A stretch of DNA of 63,250 bases, the filler included, from Octopus bimaculoides (Eukaryota): NCBI RefSeq assembly GCF_001194135.2. It is 4 parts of 4 records of this genome, joined end to end, with 100 filler letters (N's around TTAATTAATTAA, not from the genome) between each part and the next. Parts side by side here need not be neighbours in the genome. Positions count along the whole stretch, not along the records: positions 28,642 to 57,184 come from NC_068991.1; 3 more parts are not named here. One strand, written 5' to 3'. The number at the start of each line of letters is the position of its first letter. Position 1 is the first letter of the stretch. The position numbers and the translations under genes are program-made. Positions 41,251 through 54,173 of this stretch are shown here, in pieces. The notes beneath the pieces were generated by a model, which did no database searches, was not told the DNA's origin, and was given only the letters and a program-made list of their open reading frames with translations.

Positions 41251-42945
41251 TACATATATGTACACACACAAATTTATATATGTCTATGTATATATATATA
41301 TATATNNNNNNNNNNNNNNNNNNNNNNNNNNNNNNNNNNNNNNNNNNNNNNNNNNNNNNNNNNNNNNNNNNNNNNNNNNNNNNNNNNNNNNNNNNNNNNN
41401 NNNNNNNNNNNNNNNNNNNNNNNNNNNNNNNNNNNNNNNNNNNNNNNNNNNNNNNNNNNNNNNNNNNNNNNNNNNNNNNNNNNNNNNNNNNNNNNNNNNN
41501 NNNNNNNNNNNNNNNNNNNNNNNNNNNNNNNNNNNNNNNNNNNNNNNNNNNNNNNNNNNNNNNNNNNNNNNNNNNNNNNNNNNNNNNNNNNNNNNNNNNN
41601 NNNNNNNNNNNNNNNNNNNNNNNNNNNNNNNNNNNNNNNNNNNNNNNNNNNNNNNNNNNNNNNNNNNNNNNNNNNNNNNNNNNNNNNNNNNNNNNNNNNN
41701 NNNNNNNNNNNNNNNNNNNNNNNNNNNNNNNNNNNNNNNNNNNNNNNNNNNNNNNNNNNNNNNNNNNNNNNNNNNNNNNNNNNNNNNNNNNNNNNNNNNN
41801 NNNNNNNNNNNNNNNNNNNNNNNNNNNNNNNNNNNNNNNNNNNNNNNNNNNNNNNNNNNNNNNNNNNNNNNNNNNNNNNNNNNNNNNNNNNNNNNNNNNN
41901 NNNNNNNNNNNNNNNNNNNNNNNNNNNNNNNNNNNNNNNNNNNNNNNNNNNNNNNNNNNNNNNNNNNNNNNNNNNNNNNNNNNNNNNNNNNNNNNNNNNN
42001 NNNNNNNNNNNNNNNNNNNNNNNNNNNNNNNNNNNNNNNNNNNNNNNNNNNNNNNNNNNNNNNNNNNNNNNNNNNNNNNNNNNNNNNNNNNNNNNNNNNN
42101 NNNNNNNNNNNNNNNNNNNNNNNNNNNNNNNNNNNNNNNNNNNNNNNNNNNNNNNNNNNNNNNNNNNNNNNNNNNNNNNNNNNNNNNNNNNNNNNNNNNN
42201 NNNNNNNNNNNNNNNNNNNATATATATATGTATGCATGTATGTATATGTATATAAATCTATATCTCTCTCTATACATTTATGTATATATACACATATATA
42301 TTTGTATACGTATATATATATATATATACATTTACATGTATACATTTTTACACACACACACACACACACACAAACACACGCACACACACACGCACACACA
42401 CAAAATCACACACACATATGCATGTGTGTGTATGTATGTATACATACACATGTGTGTGTGTGTATGTGTGTGTATGTGTGTGTGTATGTGTGTGAATCTC
42501 TGCATGTGTTCGTGTGTGGGTGTGAGCGTGTCTGCAAGTTTGTGTGGGTATATTCTCTGGAGAATTCTGCGATAAATTAGTTCACTTCTTGAATAAAAAA
42601 ACAAAACTCTCCCATGTTATTTCAAGGAACTGTGTCCTTTTTGCCAAAATTGCAAGATTAACCCTCTCTTAGTCATTCAATCTTTTCTCCTCTTATTTCA
42701 TCTCTTCTTCCTCTCTATTCCCTACTTCTTTACAGTAAAAAGACTCCACACCAGTTAAGGACCTTAATAATCTTTATATCTTTGACGGCATCGCTCACTG
42801 GTAATTAACCCTAATTAAATTTTGATTATTCTTCTGAACTTCCAATGAGCAGGTCAATATTTACGGAGCTCATGAAATGAAAAAAAATTTTAAATAAAAA
42901 TTTCTCGATTTTAAAATTTGTGAAAATACCAAAAGTTATATTTTG

Positions 42946-43335
42946 TATGTGCTAAAAAGCTTGTTTCTCCGCCACATGGTTTCGGGTTGTGTCCCACTGC
43001 ATGGTGTCCTGGGCAAGTGGCTTCTACTATAGCCTCAGGCTGACCAAAGCCTTGTGTGTAGATTTGGTAGACGGAAACTGAAAGAAGCCTGTCGTATATA
43101 TATATATGTATGTGAGTGTGTGTGTGTGTGTGTATGTTTTTGTGTCTGTATTTGTCACCCCACCTTTGCTTGACAACCGATGCTGGTGTGTTTACGTCTC
43201 CGTAACTTAGCGTTCCGATAGAGTAAGTATTAGGCTTACAAAGAATAAGACCTGGAGTCGATTAGTTCGACTAATAGCGGTGCCCCAGCATGGCCGAATT
43301 GAAATGGTTGAAACATATAAAGGAATAAAAGAATA
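42946..43335 (+). mobile_element. SINE family B, near full length
   Basis: Diverged head, core gggcaagtggcttctactatagcctcagg, and tail gcggtgccccagcatggccg...ggaataaaagaataa. Confidence 0.9.
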
Positions 43336-43534
43336 ATACATTTTTCGGGAAAAATTATTATTTCGAACCAATTTGATTTTCTTTTTTAGAAATTAGTGCA
43401 TGATTTGATAATCACACTCCTATTTCGAGAATGGTTACTTTTATTCTAAGCACACAAGAATTGAAAAATATAGAGTCGTCATTGTCTTCTATAGATCATA
43501 GGATTATAGATAACTTCGATATTACGAGGGCTCG

Positions 43535-43730
43535 AACGGCGTGCTGGCAGGATCGCTAGCACGCTGGGCACAACCCTTGGTAGCATTTCGTCCATCTGTA
43601 ATCTCTGAGTTCAAATTCCACTGACATTGACGTTACCTTTCACCCATTTCGGGTCGATAAAATAAGTACCAGTTGAAGGGGTCAATCGACTTAACCACTT
43701 CCTTGTTCCAACATTTGAAACTGATATTAT
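43535..43730 (+). mobile_element. SINE family A, old diverged copy
   Basis: ggcgtgctggcaggatcgctagcacg...tgagttcaaattcc...gggtcgataaaataagtaccagttga. Confidence 0.75.
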
Positions 43731-44670
43731 GAAGGGTCAACCACACCTCGCAATTTAAATATCGAACGTTTGCTTATCGAACCAAAAATGGTTGGAACCT
43801 CTACGTGGATACTGAAGCAGCTCAGAAATAGTAACAAAGTTCTGTTTTAAGCCCTAGATTATTTTATCAAGAAAAGGCAGGTACATCAGGCGATATAAGC
43901 GTAGATGCATAGCATGTGGTAAAAAAAAAAAAGATGTTTTTTACGGTTTTGACGTATCTGAGGCTTACGTTAACTAAACAGTAATACCCCTTCATTGTAA
44001 AATCCTGTTTCTCTTGGAAATTTTTAACATATTCCCTTTGGATACTCGATGGTTATTGTAGAAATTGTCTGATGGCTGGTAGTTTAAAGGTGGACCACGA
44101 AATACACAACTTCTGTTGAAATTATCGATACAGTACAACAATATTATTGCATTTGAACAGATATAAAAGCGTCAGTTTAGCAGACGACAATTAATCGCAC
44201 TAAAGCGGGATTGCTAAGTATTTGACGACATAAAAGAAAATAACAAAACATTACAATTTTCGTCGTCTCAATCTTCATTAAGCAATGTCTCTACCGATGA
44301 CATCACTACCACTCTAGCAAGCCATCACACTTCTCAGTATATCACATATATATGTGTGTGTGTCTTTGCGAGTTTGTGATTATGTGTCTCTCCTCTCACC
44401 ACTTTCACGTTTCCTACGGTAAACACTCTTCTCTCTTTTCTTTCGCTTTCTCTCTTCCTCTAACTTTGCCGCTTCCTGGAAGTATTTAACCACTTAACTT
44501 AATAGCATCCCCTCTTCTACCTCATACCACTGCCAATTCCCCTCAACTAAACATTCTTCTCTGTCTCTCATCTATACCGTTTTCTCTCTAGCTTAGCTTT
44601 TCCCTTCAACTAATCCTTTCCCGGCGTAACATACGTACACAAGCATATTAACCCTATACTTTTCCCGTTA

Positions 44671-45128
44671 AGGCGTCGCGCTCATAGAAACGTTACCATG
44701 CCGGCGAGCTGGCAGAAACGTTAGCACGTCGGGTGAAATGCTTTTCGGTATTTCGTCTGCCGTTACGTTCTGAGTTCAAATTCCGCCGAGGTCGACTTTG
44801 CCTTTCATGCTTTCGGGGTCGATAAATTAAGTACCAGTTACGCACTGGAGTCGATGTAATCCACTTATTCCCTCTGTCTGTCCTTGTTTGTCCCCTCTAT
44901 GTTTAGCACCTTGTGGGCAATAAAGAAATAATAAACGTTACCATGCCGGAAAAAATGCTTAGTGACAGTTCTTCCGACTTTACGTTCTGAGTCTAAAAAC
45001 CGCCAGGTTCAACTTTGCTTTTCATACTTTCAGAGTCGATAAAATAAGTACCAGTTGAGCACTGGGGTCGATGTAATCCCCCTCACCCCCTCCACCCAAA
45101 TTGCTGGCCTTGTGACAAAATTTGAAAC
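44671..45128 (+). mobile_element. Young family A SINE (~44702-44932) nested in the 5' end of an older family A SINE, 17-bp TSD
   Basis: aaacgttaccatgccgg occurs at 44688-44704 and 44933-44949. The old head aggcgtcgcgctcatag lies upstream and the old body continues to ~45128. Confidence 0.9.
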
Positions 45129-45244
45129 AAACCTGATACTTCCGTTTCTCTCATTAATTCCTCTTCCATGTCCTTCCCCCCTCCCAATGTCTTCTAATCC
45201 ATCTCCTTTTCTTTCTTTCAAGTTCATCCTTCTGTCCTTTCTCC

Positions 45245-45480
45245 GCCTCGTCATCGTTAGTGTCATCATCGTCGTCGTCGTCGTCGTCGTCGTCCTTCTC
45301 AACGTCGCTGTCATCGTCGATGTCGTCACACATGTCATTATCATCATCATCATCATCAGTGGCAGCAGCAGTAGCAACAGCAGCAGTAGCAGCAGCGGTA
45401 GCGAAAGCATCATCATCATCATATTCAACACCACCATCATCATCATCATCTTCATCATCATCATCATCATCACCACCACC

Positions 45481-45512
<32 letters not shown>

Positions 45513-45619
45513 CATATTCAACACCACCACAATCATCATCATCATCATCATCATCATTATCATCATCATCATCATCATCATCATCATATTCAACACCACC
45601 ACAATCATCATCATCATCC

Positions 45620-45665
<46 letters not shown>

Positions 45666-45785
45666 TATCATCATCATCATCATCGTCATCATATTCAACA
45701 TCATCATCATCATCATCATCACCATCATCACTATCATCATCGTCGTCATCGTCGTCGTCGCCGTCGTCAGCGTCGTCATCCGCAT
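45245..45785. repeat. Cryptic (ATC)n array with a recurring higher-order motif
   Basis: atcatattcaaca(ccacca) recurs four times (~45418, 45512, 45583, 45688) within the (ATC)n. Confidence 0.9.
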
Positions 45786-46603
45786 TCCTTTCACCAACAT
45801 CTCTCTCCACCATATTTCTTCTCTGCCTGTTTCACTTCCTCTCTCAAAATATCCACAATCCTTGCCAACCCTCAACTCCTTTTTCTTTTTTTTTTTCTCA
45901 CTTTCTATCTCGCTATCACATTCTACCACTTATACATTCTATACAATGTCTTTTCCTTGTCTCTCTTTCCCTCTCCTCTCTCTCAATCGTATCTCTTCTA
46001 CTTACTCTCATCTCTCATTTCTGTCCCTCTATAATTCTTACATAACTCTCTCTTCACCCCACTCTCCCACAACCTCTCTCTAATTGTCACACTCTTTCAC
46101 TTATATATTATTCACAACGCTTTCTTCTTTCTCTCCTCCCTTTACATATCACTCGTAGCCTCAGCCTTTCTCTCTCTATTTCTTTCTCTCCCTTTTATAA
46201 TTTCCCCATTTTCACACTTTTAATATTTCATGCCAAGCTCATTCACCCAAAGCTATAATTCTCAAAAGGATTTTCCAATGGTTCTTATTCCAACTCGAGT
46301 TTTCTTTTTTTTATATTCTTCCTATCAAAATATCACACTTACTTCTCTCTTTCGCGCTCTCATCTTCTCACGCTTTCCACCAATGATTCCCCCCCCCCAC
46401 TCTTTTATCTCACTCTCCGAAAAATTACTCTCTTCCCCAAAGCTGTTTCTTCAGCACAGCAAGCATTAGAAAACATCATGTGATGGCACCACAGTCACAA
46501 CGATTATTCACCAATAAAGATGCTCGCAAAAAAATGTTGCCATACTTGTTGTTGTTGATTTTGTTGTTATTATTGTCATTGTTGCTGCGGCTCTTGTTGT
46601 TGC

Positions 46604-46657
<54 letters not shown>

Positions 46658-46699
46658 GATTATGTTATAATAATAATAATAATATAATTAAAAAAACAA

Positions 46700-46736
<37 letters not shown>

Positions 46737-47226
46737 GAGAACTGGTATGAGCATGTACCAAGTAAAGTTATGCAGGAGGATGGAAAAGTAATGATACTCT
46801 GGGACTATGATTTTCAAACGGATCGTGTAATCGAACACCGTCGGTCGGATATTGTCATATTGAATAAGAGAGACAAATACTGTCAGATCATTGATGAAGC
46901 CATACCAAATAACATGAATGTTGTGAGTAAAGAGGTTGAAAAAAATCATCAAGCACTCAGAATTGAAAGTGGAAATGGTAAGACTGCGAGAGTGTAGTGT
47001 AAAAGTGATACCAGTGGAGATCAGAGAATTGGGCTCAATCCCACTGAAACTTCAAGACTTTTTAACGCAACTGGAAATCCCATGCAAGATTGGTGTCTTG
47101 CGAAATGCAGCCTCGTTGGGCACAGCGCACATCTTTAGGAAAATATTATCTGCCCGAGGTTCTTTTTGTGACTTGACAGATGACTAACGAGACCGATGCA
47201 TTTTTACCTACACTGTGTTACAAAAG
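46737..47226 (+). mobile_element. R4/Dong-type retrotransposon 3' fragment within (AAT)n
   Basis: VMQEDGKVMILWDYDFQTDRVIEHRRSDIVILNK...CQIIDEAIP...KEVEK and, after a frameshift, ELKVEMVRL...VKVIPVEI..LG...AASLGTAHIFRKIL give the RLE domain. A short 3' UTR follows, then (AAT)n. Confidence 0.88.
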
Positions 47227-47248
47227 AATAATAATAATAATAATAATG

Positions 47249-47310
<62 letters not shown>

Positions 47311-47311
<1 letters not shown>

Positions 47312-47554
47312 GTGAAGCTATGCCAACACTATGGAATAACAACAGAAAAAAGATGGTATAAACACACGCCAGAAAAGGTCACAGAAAACGAGAAAGCAAC
47401 CATACTCTGGGATATGCCAATACACAGAGAAAGAGAAATTAAGGCAAATAGACCAGATATAGTTGTCAAAGATCATGAAGAAAAAAAATGCTTTCTAATT
47501 GATGTATCAATACCAGTGAAGTGAAAGCACGTGATAAAAATATAACTACTGAAC
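47311..47554 (+). mobile_element. Second, distinct R4/Dong-type RLE fragment within (AAT)n
   Basis: LCQHYGITTEKRWYKHTPEKVTENEKATILWDMPIHREREIKANRPDIVVKDHEEKKCFLIDVSIP, with (AAT)n on both sides. Confidence 0.88.
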
Positions 47555-47588
47555 AATAATAATAATAATAATAATAATGATAATAATA

Positions 47589-47710
47589 GACCTATAGAAT
47601 AAGTATTAGGTTTAAAAAATAAGTCCTAGAGTCGAATTTTTTGTCAAAAACCCGTGAAGGCGGTGCTCCAGCATGGCCGCTTTCACATTACTAAAACATG
47701 TAAAACAAGA
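47589..47710 (+). mobile_element. SINE family B 3' fragment
   Basis: tagaataagtattagg...aataagtcctagagtcga...aaggcggtgctccagcatggccgc. Confidence 0.8.
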
Positions 47711-47782
47711 ATTTAGTGTTTATATGATTGGTTGTAATATAATATTGACATGTGATTTACTATGATGTATGGTTTTACTGTA

Positions 47783-48157
47783 GTGGCGCAATAGCCCGGT
47801 GGTTAGGGTAGCAGACTCTAGGTCGTACGATCGCAGTTTCGATTCCCAGGCTGGGCGTTGTGAGTGTTTATTGAGCGAAAACACCTAAAGCCCCACGAGG
47901 CTCCAGCAGGGGGTGGTGACAAACACTGCTGTACTCTTTCACCACAACTTTCTCTCACTCTTTCCTCCTGTTTCTGTTGTACCTGTAATTCAAAGGGCCA
48001 GCCTTGCCACACTTTGTGCCACGCTGAACCACCCCGAAACATACGTTAAGGGTACACGTGTCTGTGGAGTGTTCAGCCACTTGTACATTAATTTCACGAG
48101 CAGGTTGTTCCGTTGAACGGATCAACTGGAACCCTCATCGTCGTAACCGACGGAGTT
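47783..48157 (+). mobile_element. tRNA-derived SINE family C, full length
   Basis: Head ggcgcaatagcccggtggttag...gtttcgattccc, a body homologous to 32889-33188, and a tail ending tcgtcgtaaccgacggag. Confidence 0.92.
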
Positions 48158-48483
48158 CACCGCTGTTTTTACTATGATGGACATTTGCTTAATATTTCTC
48201 GCTGGCTGGCTTATTATTCTGTTTCCTTTTTGCTGACTCCTATTGTAAACCTGACCATGATACACACCGCTTCATATTAATAATAGAACACTTACTAAAC
48301 TTGTATATTACAACACTGAAAATCGTTTGGAGCACTTCATACTGAGAACAGTAAAACAATATTTTAAATCATCCAAACTTGCAACACTAAACACCACATA
48401 CCACACTAAAATTTTAAATAACACTTACGAAACTTCATTATTTCAACTCTAATGTGTGTATGTCCTCAACAAGCTTTTGTTCC

Positions 48484-48522
<39 letters not shown>

Positions 48523-48763
48523 TTAGGGAAAATAACCAATTTTCAAGAACTCATCGATGAAAATCCACTATCACATATAGAAAAATTAATAATTAAAAGC
48601 ACAATAAATGAGTATAATATAAGTCTACTACACAGCTATCAAACTTATATTATTTTCCTAGACAGTTCTCTCAAAAAGTATCGATAAGGATCAATTTAAT
48701 TTTAATTTTTTATAAATTGATTTTAATTGAGTTTTTTACCTGTAATTTTGGATTTTGTCCCTA

Positions 48764-48795
<32 letters not shown>

Positions 48796-50377
48796 TGCTG
48801 ATATTTATAAAAAAATCTCAACGTTTTAATTGCCTACAGAAGGAATTCGTTATCTTTCTCTCAGCTTCCGTCTCTTTCTGTCCTTCACTATCTCTGTATA
48901 ACATAACCCTCACTAATGGCCATTATTGCAAAACTAAAACTACACGTACAATAATTTATAAGGTCATTAAACAACGATTTCAGCACTAGAACAACACCTG
49001 GAACACTAAAGGAATATATACGTCTCTTCATACTGAAAAAAAAAGTCTAAAAACAAAAAAAAACGTCTGTATTTATATTTTGCAGAAAATCCTGAACTTG
49101 ATGGAGGCGTATGAGAACGTCAAGATCGTCTTCCTATGTCCCATGGTGCCATATTGTTGTAATCATTATATCTCTGGTCAGCTCTGGTTGAAGAAATATG
49201 TGATGAAGTACAATTCTACCCGTGAAAACGCTATATTTTTTCAGACATGTTAAACGTTGAGGTACGTTATCCAGGATGGTCTTTCTGTTATTCAAAATAT
49301 AGTTGATTGCCAATGTAAATAACTTGAGCCACTACGTAAAGGCGCTTCTGTAAGTAGTTTGAAGCATGCTTTTTGAGAGATCTGTTTAGGAAAATAATAT
49401 AAGTCTGATAGCTGTGTGGTAGACTTGTAATACTGTGCATGATGCTTTATTGCACGCATTTAGAAAAATGATGAAGGTAGCTTGAATGTAGATGTGCTGC
49501 CATAACTATTAAAGAGAGAACGTCACTTCTACACACGTTTCATTAATGAAGTGTGAGAGAACATGACTAAACCCTACATATCTCATAATGACAATTCTAG
49601 AAGACTTCCTACTTGAAAAGTAATTTTCGTCGTTCATCACTATCGTTTTTCACATTTACATTCTGTTTTCTGTTTTTATTTCTTTCTAGAAAAAGAAAAA
49701 AAAAAAATGAAAGCTCCATTTTTTTTTTTTTTTTTTAAATTTTTTTTACTGATTTTGTGTTGATCTTGAAAAGAAGTCGCTATAGGCGGCGGATCTTGAA
49801 AGAAAGAAAAAAAAGCGCAAATTTCTCATCAGGGTAGAAAAAGCAAGCAAAGAGGCAATCCTGAAATAGATGCTTGATACCGATAAACATCGAAAGATTT
49901 TCTAAGTTTACACAAGTTTAGATTAGACGAGATCGGTATCAGTGGAGAAATGTGACAAATATTTTGGCAGGGTAAACAGAGAATGGCAGAGAAGCATTTT
50001 GAGAAGGGAAGAAAGATGAATGCATAGAAATCTAGAGGTGGATATTAGTGAGGGTTATACAAAGATAATGGCGGAAGGAGAGAGAGAGAGAAAGATAGCT
50101 AGGGAGATTAACGAATTCCTTCTGTAGGCAATTAAAACGTTGAGGTTTTTGATAAATATCGGCAATATATATATATTTGGGAACAAAAGCTTGTTGAGGA
50201 CATACACACTTGGTCTAATTGAAGACAGAGAAGTCTTTGAATACATCTAACAGGAAAAGCGATGATGAAATCAACGGTTATGATGATGGTAAAACAACAA
50301 CAACAACAGCAATAATAACAACAACAGTAATAATAACAAGACCAGTAATAATAACAACAATAGTAAACCTTTCTGTT

Positions 50378-50497
50378 ATAGACACAAGGTCTGAAATTTG
50401 GCGGGGAGTGTTAGTTCATTACACTGACGCCAGTAATCAGTTGTTTTTTTTTTAACTTATCGACCCCGAAAGGCAAGGATCAAATGCAAAATCTACC
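50378..50497 (-). mobile_element. SINE family A, diverged 3' fragment
   Basis: cacaaggtctgaaatttggcggggag...acttatcgaccccgaaagg is the reverse complement of the family A core plus the second tail type. Confidence 0.65.
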
Positions 50498-50500
50498 TTC

Positions 50501-50546
<46 letters not shown>

Positions 50547-50616
50547 TTAATAATAATAATAAGAGCCGCGACAACAATAATTATAACAGCAACAACAAAA
50601 ACAACAACGACAATAA

Positions 50617-50667
<51 letters not shown>

Positions 50668-50675
50668 AACTACTA

Positions 50676-50717
<42 letters not shown>

Positions 50718-51004
50718 AGCCAGTTTACAGACAAGTAATTAACATTAATGTTTGAATTTGGAATTTCTCCTCGCCCTTTGTTGCAAAAATGACAAATATA
50801 GTGCTAAATGCACCTCGCAATAAAAGGTATATTGAAATTACTGTCAGAGCTGCCACCGTTACATATTGTCATAGGACTGGAAAACACATTCTACCAGAAA
50901 GAGAGAGAGAGAGAGGGAGAGAGAGAGAGAGAGATAGGGAGAGAGAGAGAGAGAGAGAGATAAAGAGACAGAGAGAGAGGCAGGTTAAATTTCTGCTCCC
51001 ATAG

Positions 51005-51153
51005 GCCGCTGCAAATGATTATAGAAGACTGGTTCTCGCTCAGCAGATAAGATGTTGCCAGGCTTCAAATTTTCGACAAAATGTTACGTATCGAGAAACT
51101 GCATCGGAGGAAACACTAATAGAAAACGGAACCACAATAGCAAAATACAAAAA
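51005..51153 (+). other. Candidate internal exon of an unknown gene
   Basis: Acceptor tttctgctcccatAG| and donor |GTAAGA, with one of three frames open over 149 nt (AAANDYRRLVLAQQIRCCQASNFRQNVTYRETASEETLIENGTTIAKYK). No homology recognised. Confidence 0.2.
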
Positions 51154-51817
51154 GTAAGACAAAAAAATGTTGTTTGTGTTGACACTTGTAGAGATACGTT
51201 TATGCATGGCGTTGTTGTGAGGCCAATATTTTTACTCGAATGAATTAAAACGAGGGCGTTTCGCTCTTTCTAAATATATCTCATTAATAATGTTATCATT
51301 TCTTCTACATTACCAACTGCTTTTTGTCTTACAAGATGTATGATGTATGTTGCTTTCCGTTTTATTTGTAGGCGGCTGGGTGCGGGGTCCCGGCATTAAA
51401 TATTCATGGTCATTTTTTATGGGCGAGGTGAGAATAAATAATACAAATTTTCTATAAATAAAATAAAAGAAAACGTTATATATATTTTTTTATTGTATAC
51501 ACAAGAGACACTAATTGGGGGCAAGTTATGGCTATGTGAATATTTTAGCTAAAAACTCTACTTCAACAGCTACAATGAATTATCTCCTACAGTAAGTTGA
51601 AAAGAGGTACTGTACATAAATTAGTTAAGAATAACGATGACGATGCTGGTAGCTGTGTGGACGATGACGATGATGATTTAATGTAAATAATGATGATAAT
51701 AATGGTGATGATGATAAGGATGATTGTGATGATGATAGAAATACTAATATTAATAATACATACATACATACATACATATATTTATATATATGTATGTATA
51801 TGTATATATGTACGTGC

Positions 51818-51864
<47 letters not shown>

Positions 51865-52599
51865 AGTATATGCATACATAAGCATATACACACACACACG
51901 TGTATATATATAAGTAGATAGTATCCTGGTTTGCACTTTCTCGTGAGAAAGAAATTCAGATTCTCCTATCTGACGGAAGGACATAACATTAGGAATGAAT
52001 GATATTGGAGAAGATTTGTTTACGTTTGACCTGAACTCGGGTGGAAGTGACATCCACTGTATGGTTTCAGACCCATCCTTTGCAGTACATTTTGAATGGG
52101 GTACGAAAAATCAGGTCATCACTTTGCAAGGGACTTCCGCTGACACACAATGAGTACAAGATTAGCGACACCATCAATAGGAAGGACACTCGAGAATTCC
52201 TGTACTCACGACAAGACACCACTGTCAGACGAATATGTGGACACATGTATGCATACATACATGCATGCATGTGCACATTCACACGCGTGCACACCCCCAT
52301 ATGTGAATATATGTATGTGTGTCATTGTTCAGTTTTATTTCGAGATTTCTTGTCAATAGAAAAAGATCTGGTATCTAACCTGATACAAGACACCTTCATT
52401 GGAATTTCAACATCAACAACACGGTATGTATATATATATGCATGTATCTTTATATGTATATGTGCAGAATTGTATGTTTTGTTTTATGTTTGTATTCTCA
52501 GGCATATAGTTGCGTATCTAGATATGCTCATATATATATTTAAATGATAAACTTCTGGAAAGTCGAAAATCTGCCAGTCGAACAATATAGCCACACCAT

Positions 52600-54173
52600 C
52601 TCAATTGGTTCCTCAAAATCATAACATTAAAAGAAGTGATGCTTGCAGATGCAAGGATATCTGTGATTGGAGTAAAAGAACATTTAATTTATATATATAT
52701 ATATATATATATATGGTTCAAGGGAATTAGCCATAAATATAACTGCAAATTTATACAGTATGATATTGTCGATTTTTATCCGTCAATATCCAGGTTTTTA
52801 CATATTAAAGCATTAGACTTCGCCAAGCAACACGTTTCCATCGACAGTTCGGATGTTGATATTATCCCGCATGCAAGCAAATCCCTTCCTTTTTTACGCT
52901 GATCCCACCTGGGTGAAAAAGAGCGAGGATTCTTTATTTGATGTGCCGATGTGGGCATATGATAGGGCGGAGTTAGTTATGCCTACAGGAGCCTGTATTT
53001 TACATTATCTACATCTGAAATTCCCTTTTATAGACGCATCTGGAATTCCCTTTAATATAATTCCCTTTTATATGCAGGAATGACGGTCTTATAGTTACCC
53101 GTGATTTAAACGGCCATGAGTTAAATAGATTCTGGAAGAATCATTACTTTCCTCCAAAGATGACGATAGAAACTAACCTATATAATGTAGATTTTTAAGA
53201 TATTAACTTAGATTTGCAATTAGATAAATCTAAACCCTACTGTAAGCCTAATGAAAAACTATATTATATTAGCAAAGGGTAAAATCAACTACCCATATAC
53301 TCAAGAATTTTGTTACTGATATAGGGAGGCGAATGTGGTCCATAACTTCAGACGAGATAGTGTTTCAAAATGTTGCGCCGCATTATAATAATGCATTAAT
53401 GAAGAGCGGATTCTCGAAGATCCAGTATAGTCAAAGCACGACTAGTAATAATAGAACCCGTTGAACTAGAGATAGGAAAGTCATATGGTTTAATCCGGCA
53501 TTTAACATTGCAGCAAAAACTAATATAGGTAGAGAATTCCTGAGACTAGTTTCTAGGCACTTCCAAGAAAACCATTAGTTCTATAGAATTTTTAATACGA
53601 GAACGCTTAATATTAGCTATTCTTGTTGCAAGAGCTTCGCTTCTTTAATTAATCAGCACAACACGAGAACTATTAGATGCAACCACGTTGCCAAAAATAA
53701 CCAGAAAAATTGCAATTGTAAAGATCAATGTTGTTATCCGTTGGGAGGAATTTGTATAGAGAAAGGAGTGGTTTATAGAGCAACGAGATGGTTCACAAGT
53801 ACACAACACATATACAGGAGCTTCGGAAAATTCCTTTAAGACTAGATTATATTCCCATCGTAATTCATTGTGATACCTCGAGAATAGGACAGCAATGAGT
53901 CTTGCCAAACATTTCTAGCATTTAAAAGAAAATGATGCCCGTCCTTTCAATATCAGTTGGGTGATCTTAGAGAAAGCTGCACCATATAAGCATGAAGCAT
54001 ATAGACGCACTATGAGGTGCAGTTTATGCCTGACCGAAAAGCACTTCATCCTGTTCCAGGATGAATATGCATTGAACCAGCGACAGAAGCTTTTGAATTC
54101 CTGCAAATATGCTACGAGGTATAAAATGTCTACTGATAAATACCACAAATGCCATACCAATAATAATATTTGA
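52600..54173 (+). mobile_element. Penelope-like retroelement, decayed RT + C-terminal GIY-YIG ORF
   Basis: Across frames: WFK..FIQYDIVDFYPSIS; WVKK..FDVPM.AYD.AE; KPYCKPNEKLLYI; VIWFNPAF...KTNIGREFLRL...IFN....ISYSC; CNCKDQCCYPLGGIC; GVVYRA...TYTGASENSFKTRLYSH; CSLCLTEKHFIL; LNQRQKLLNSC. Many stops and frameshifts. Confidence 0.93.

Noticed and set aside
49087-49256. Strong acceptor ttttgcAG followed by a 55-codon frame
   Set aside because: No matching donor, no homology and no linked exon; expected by chance in 63 kb.
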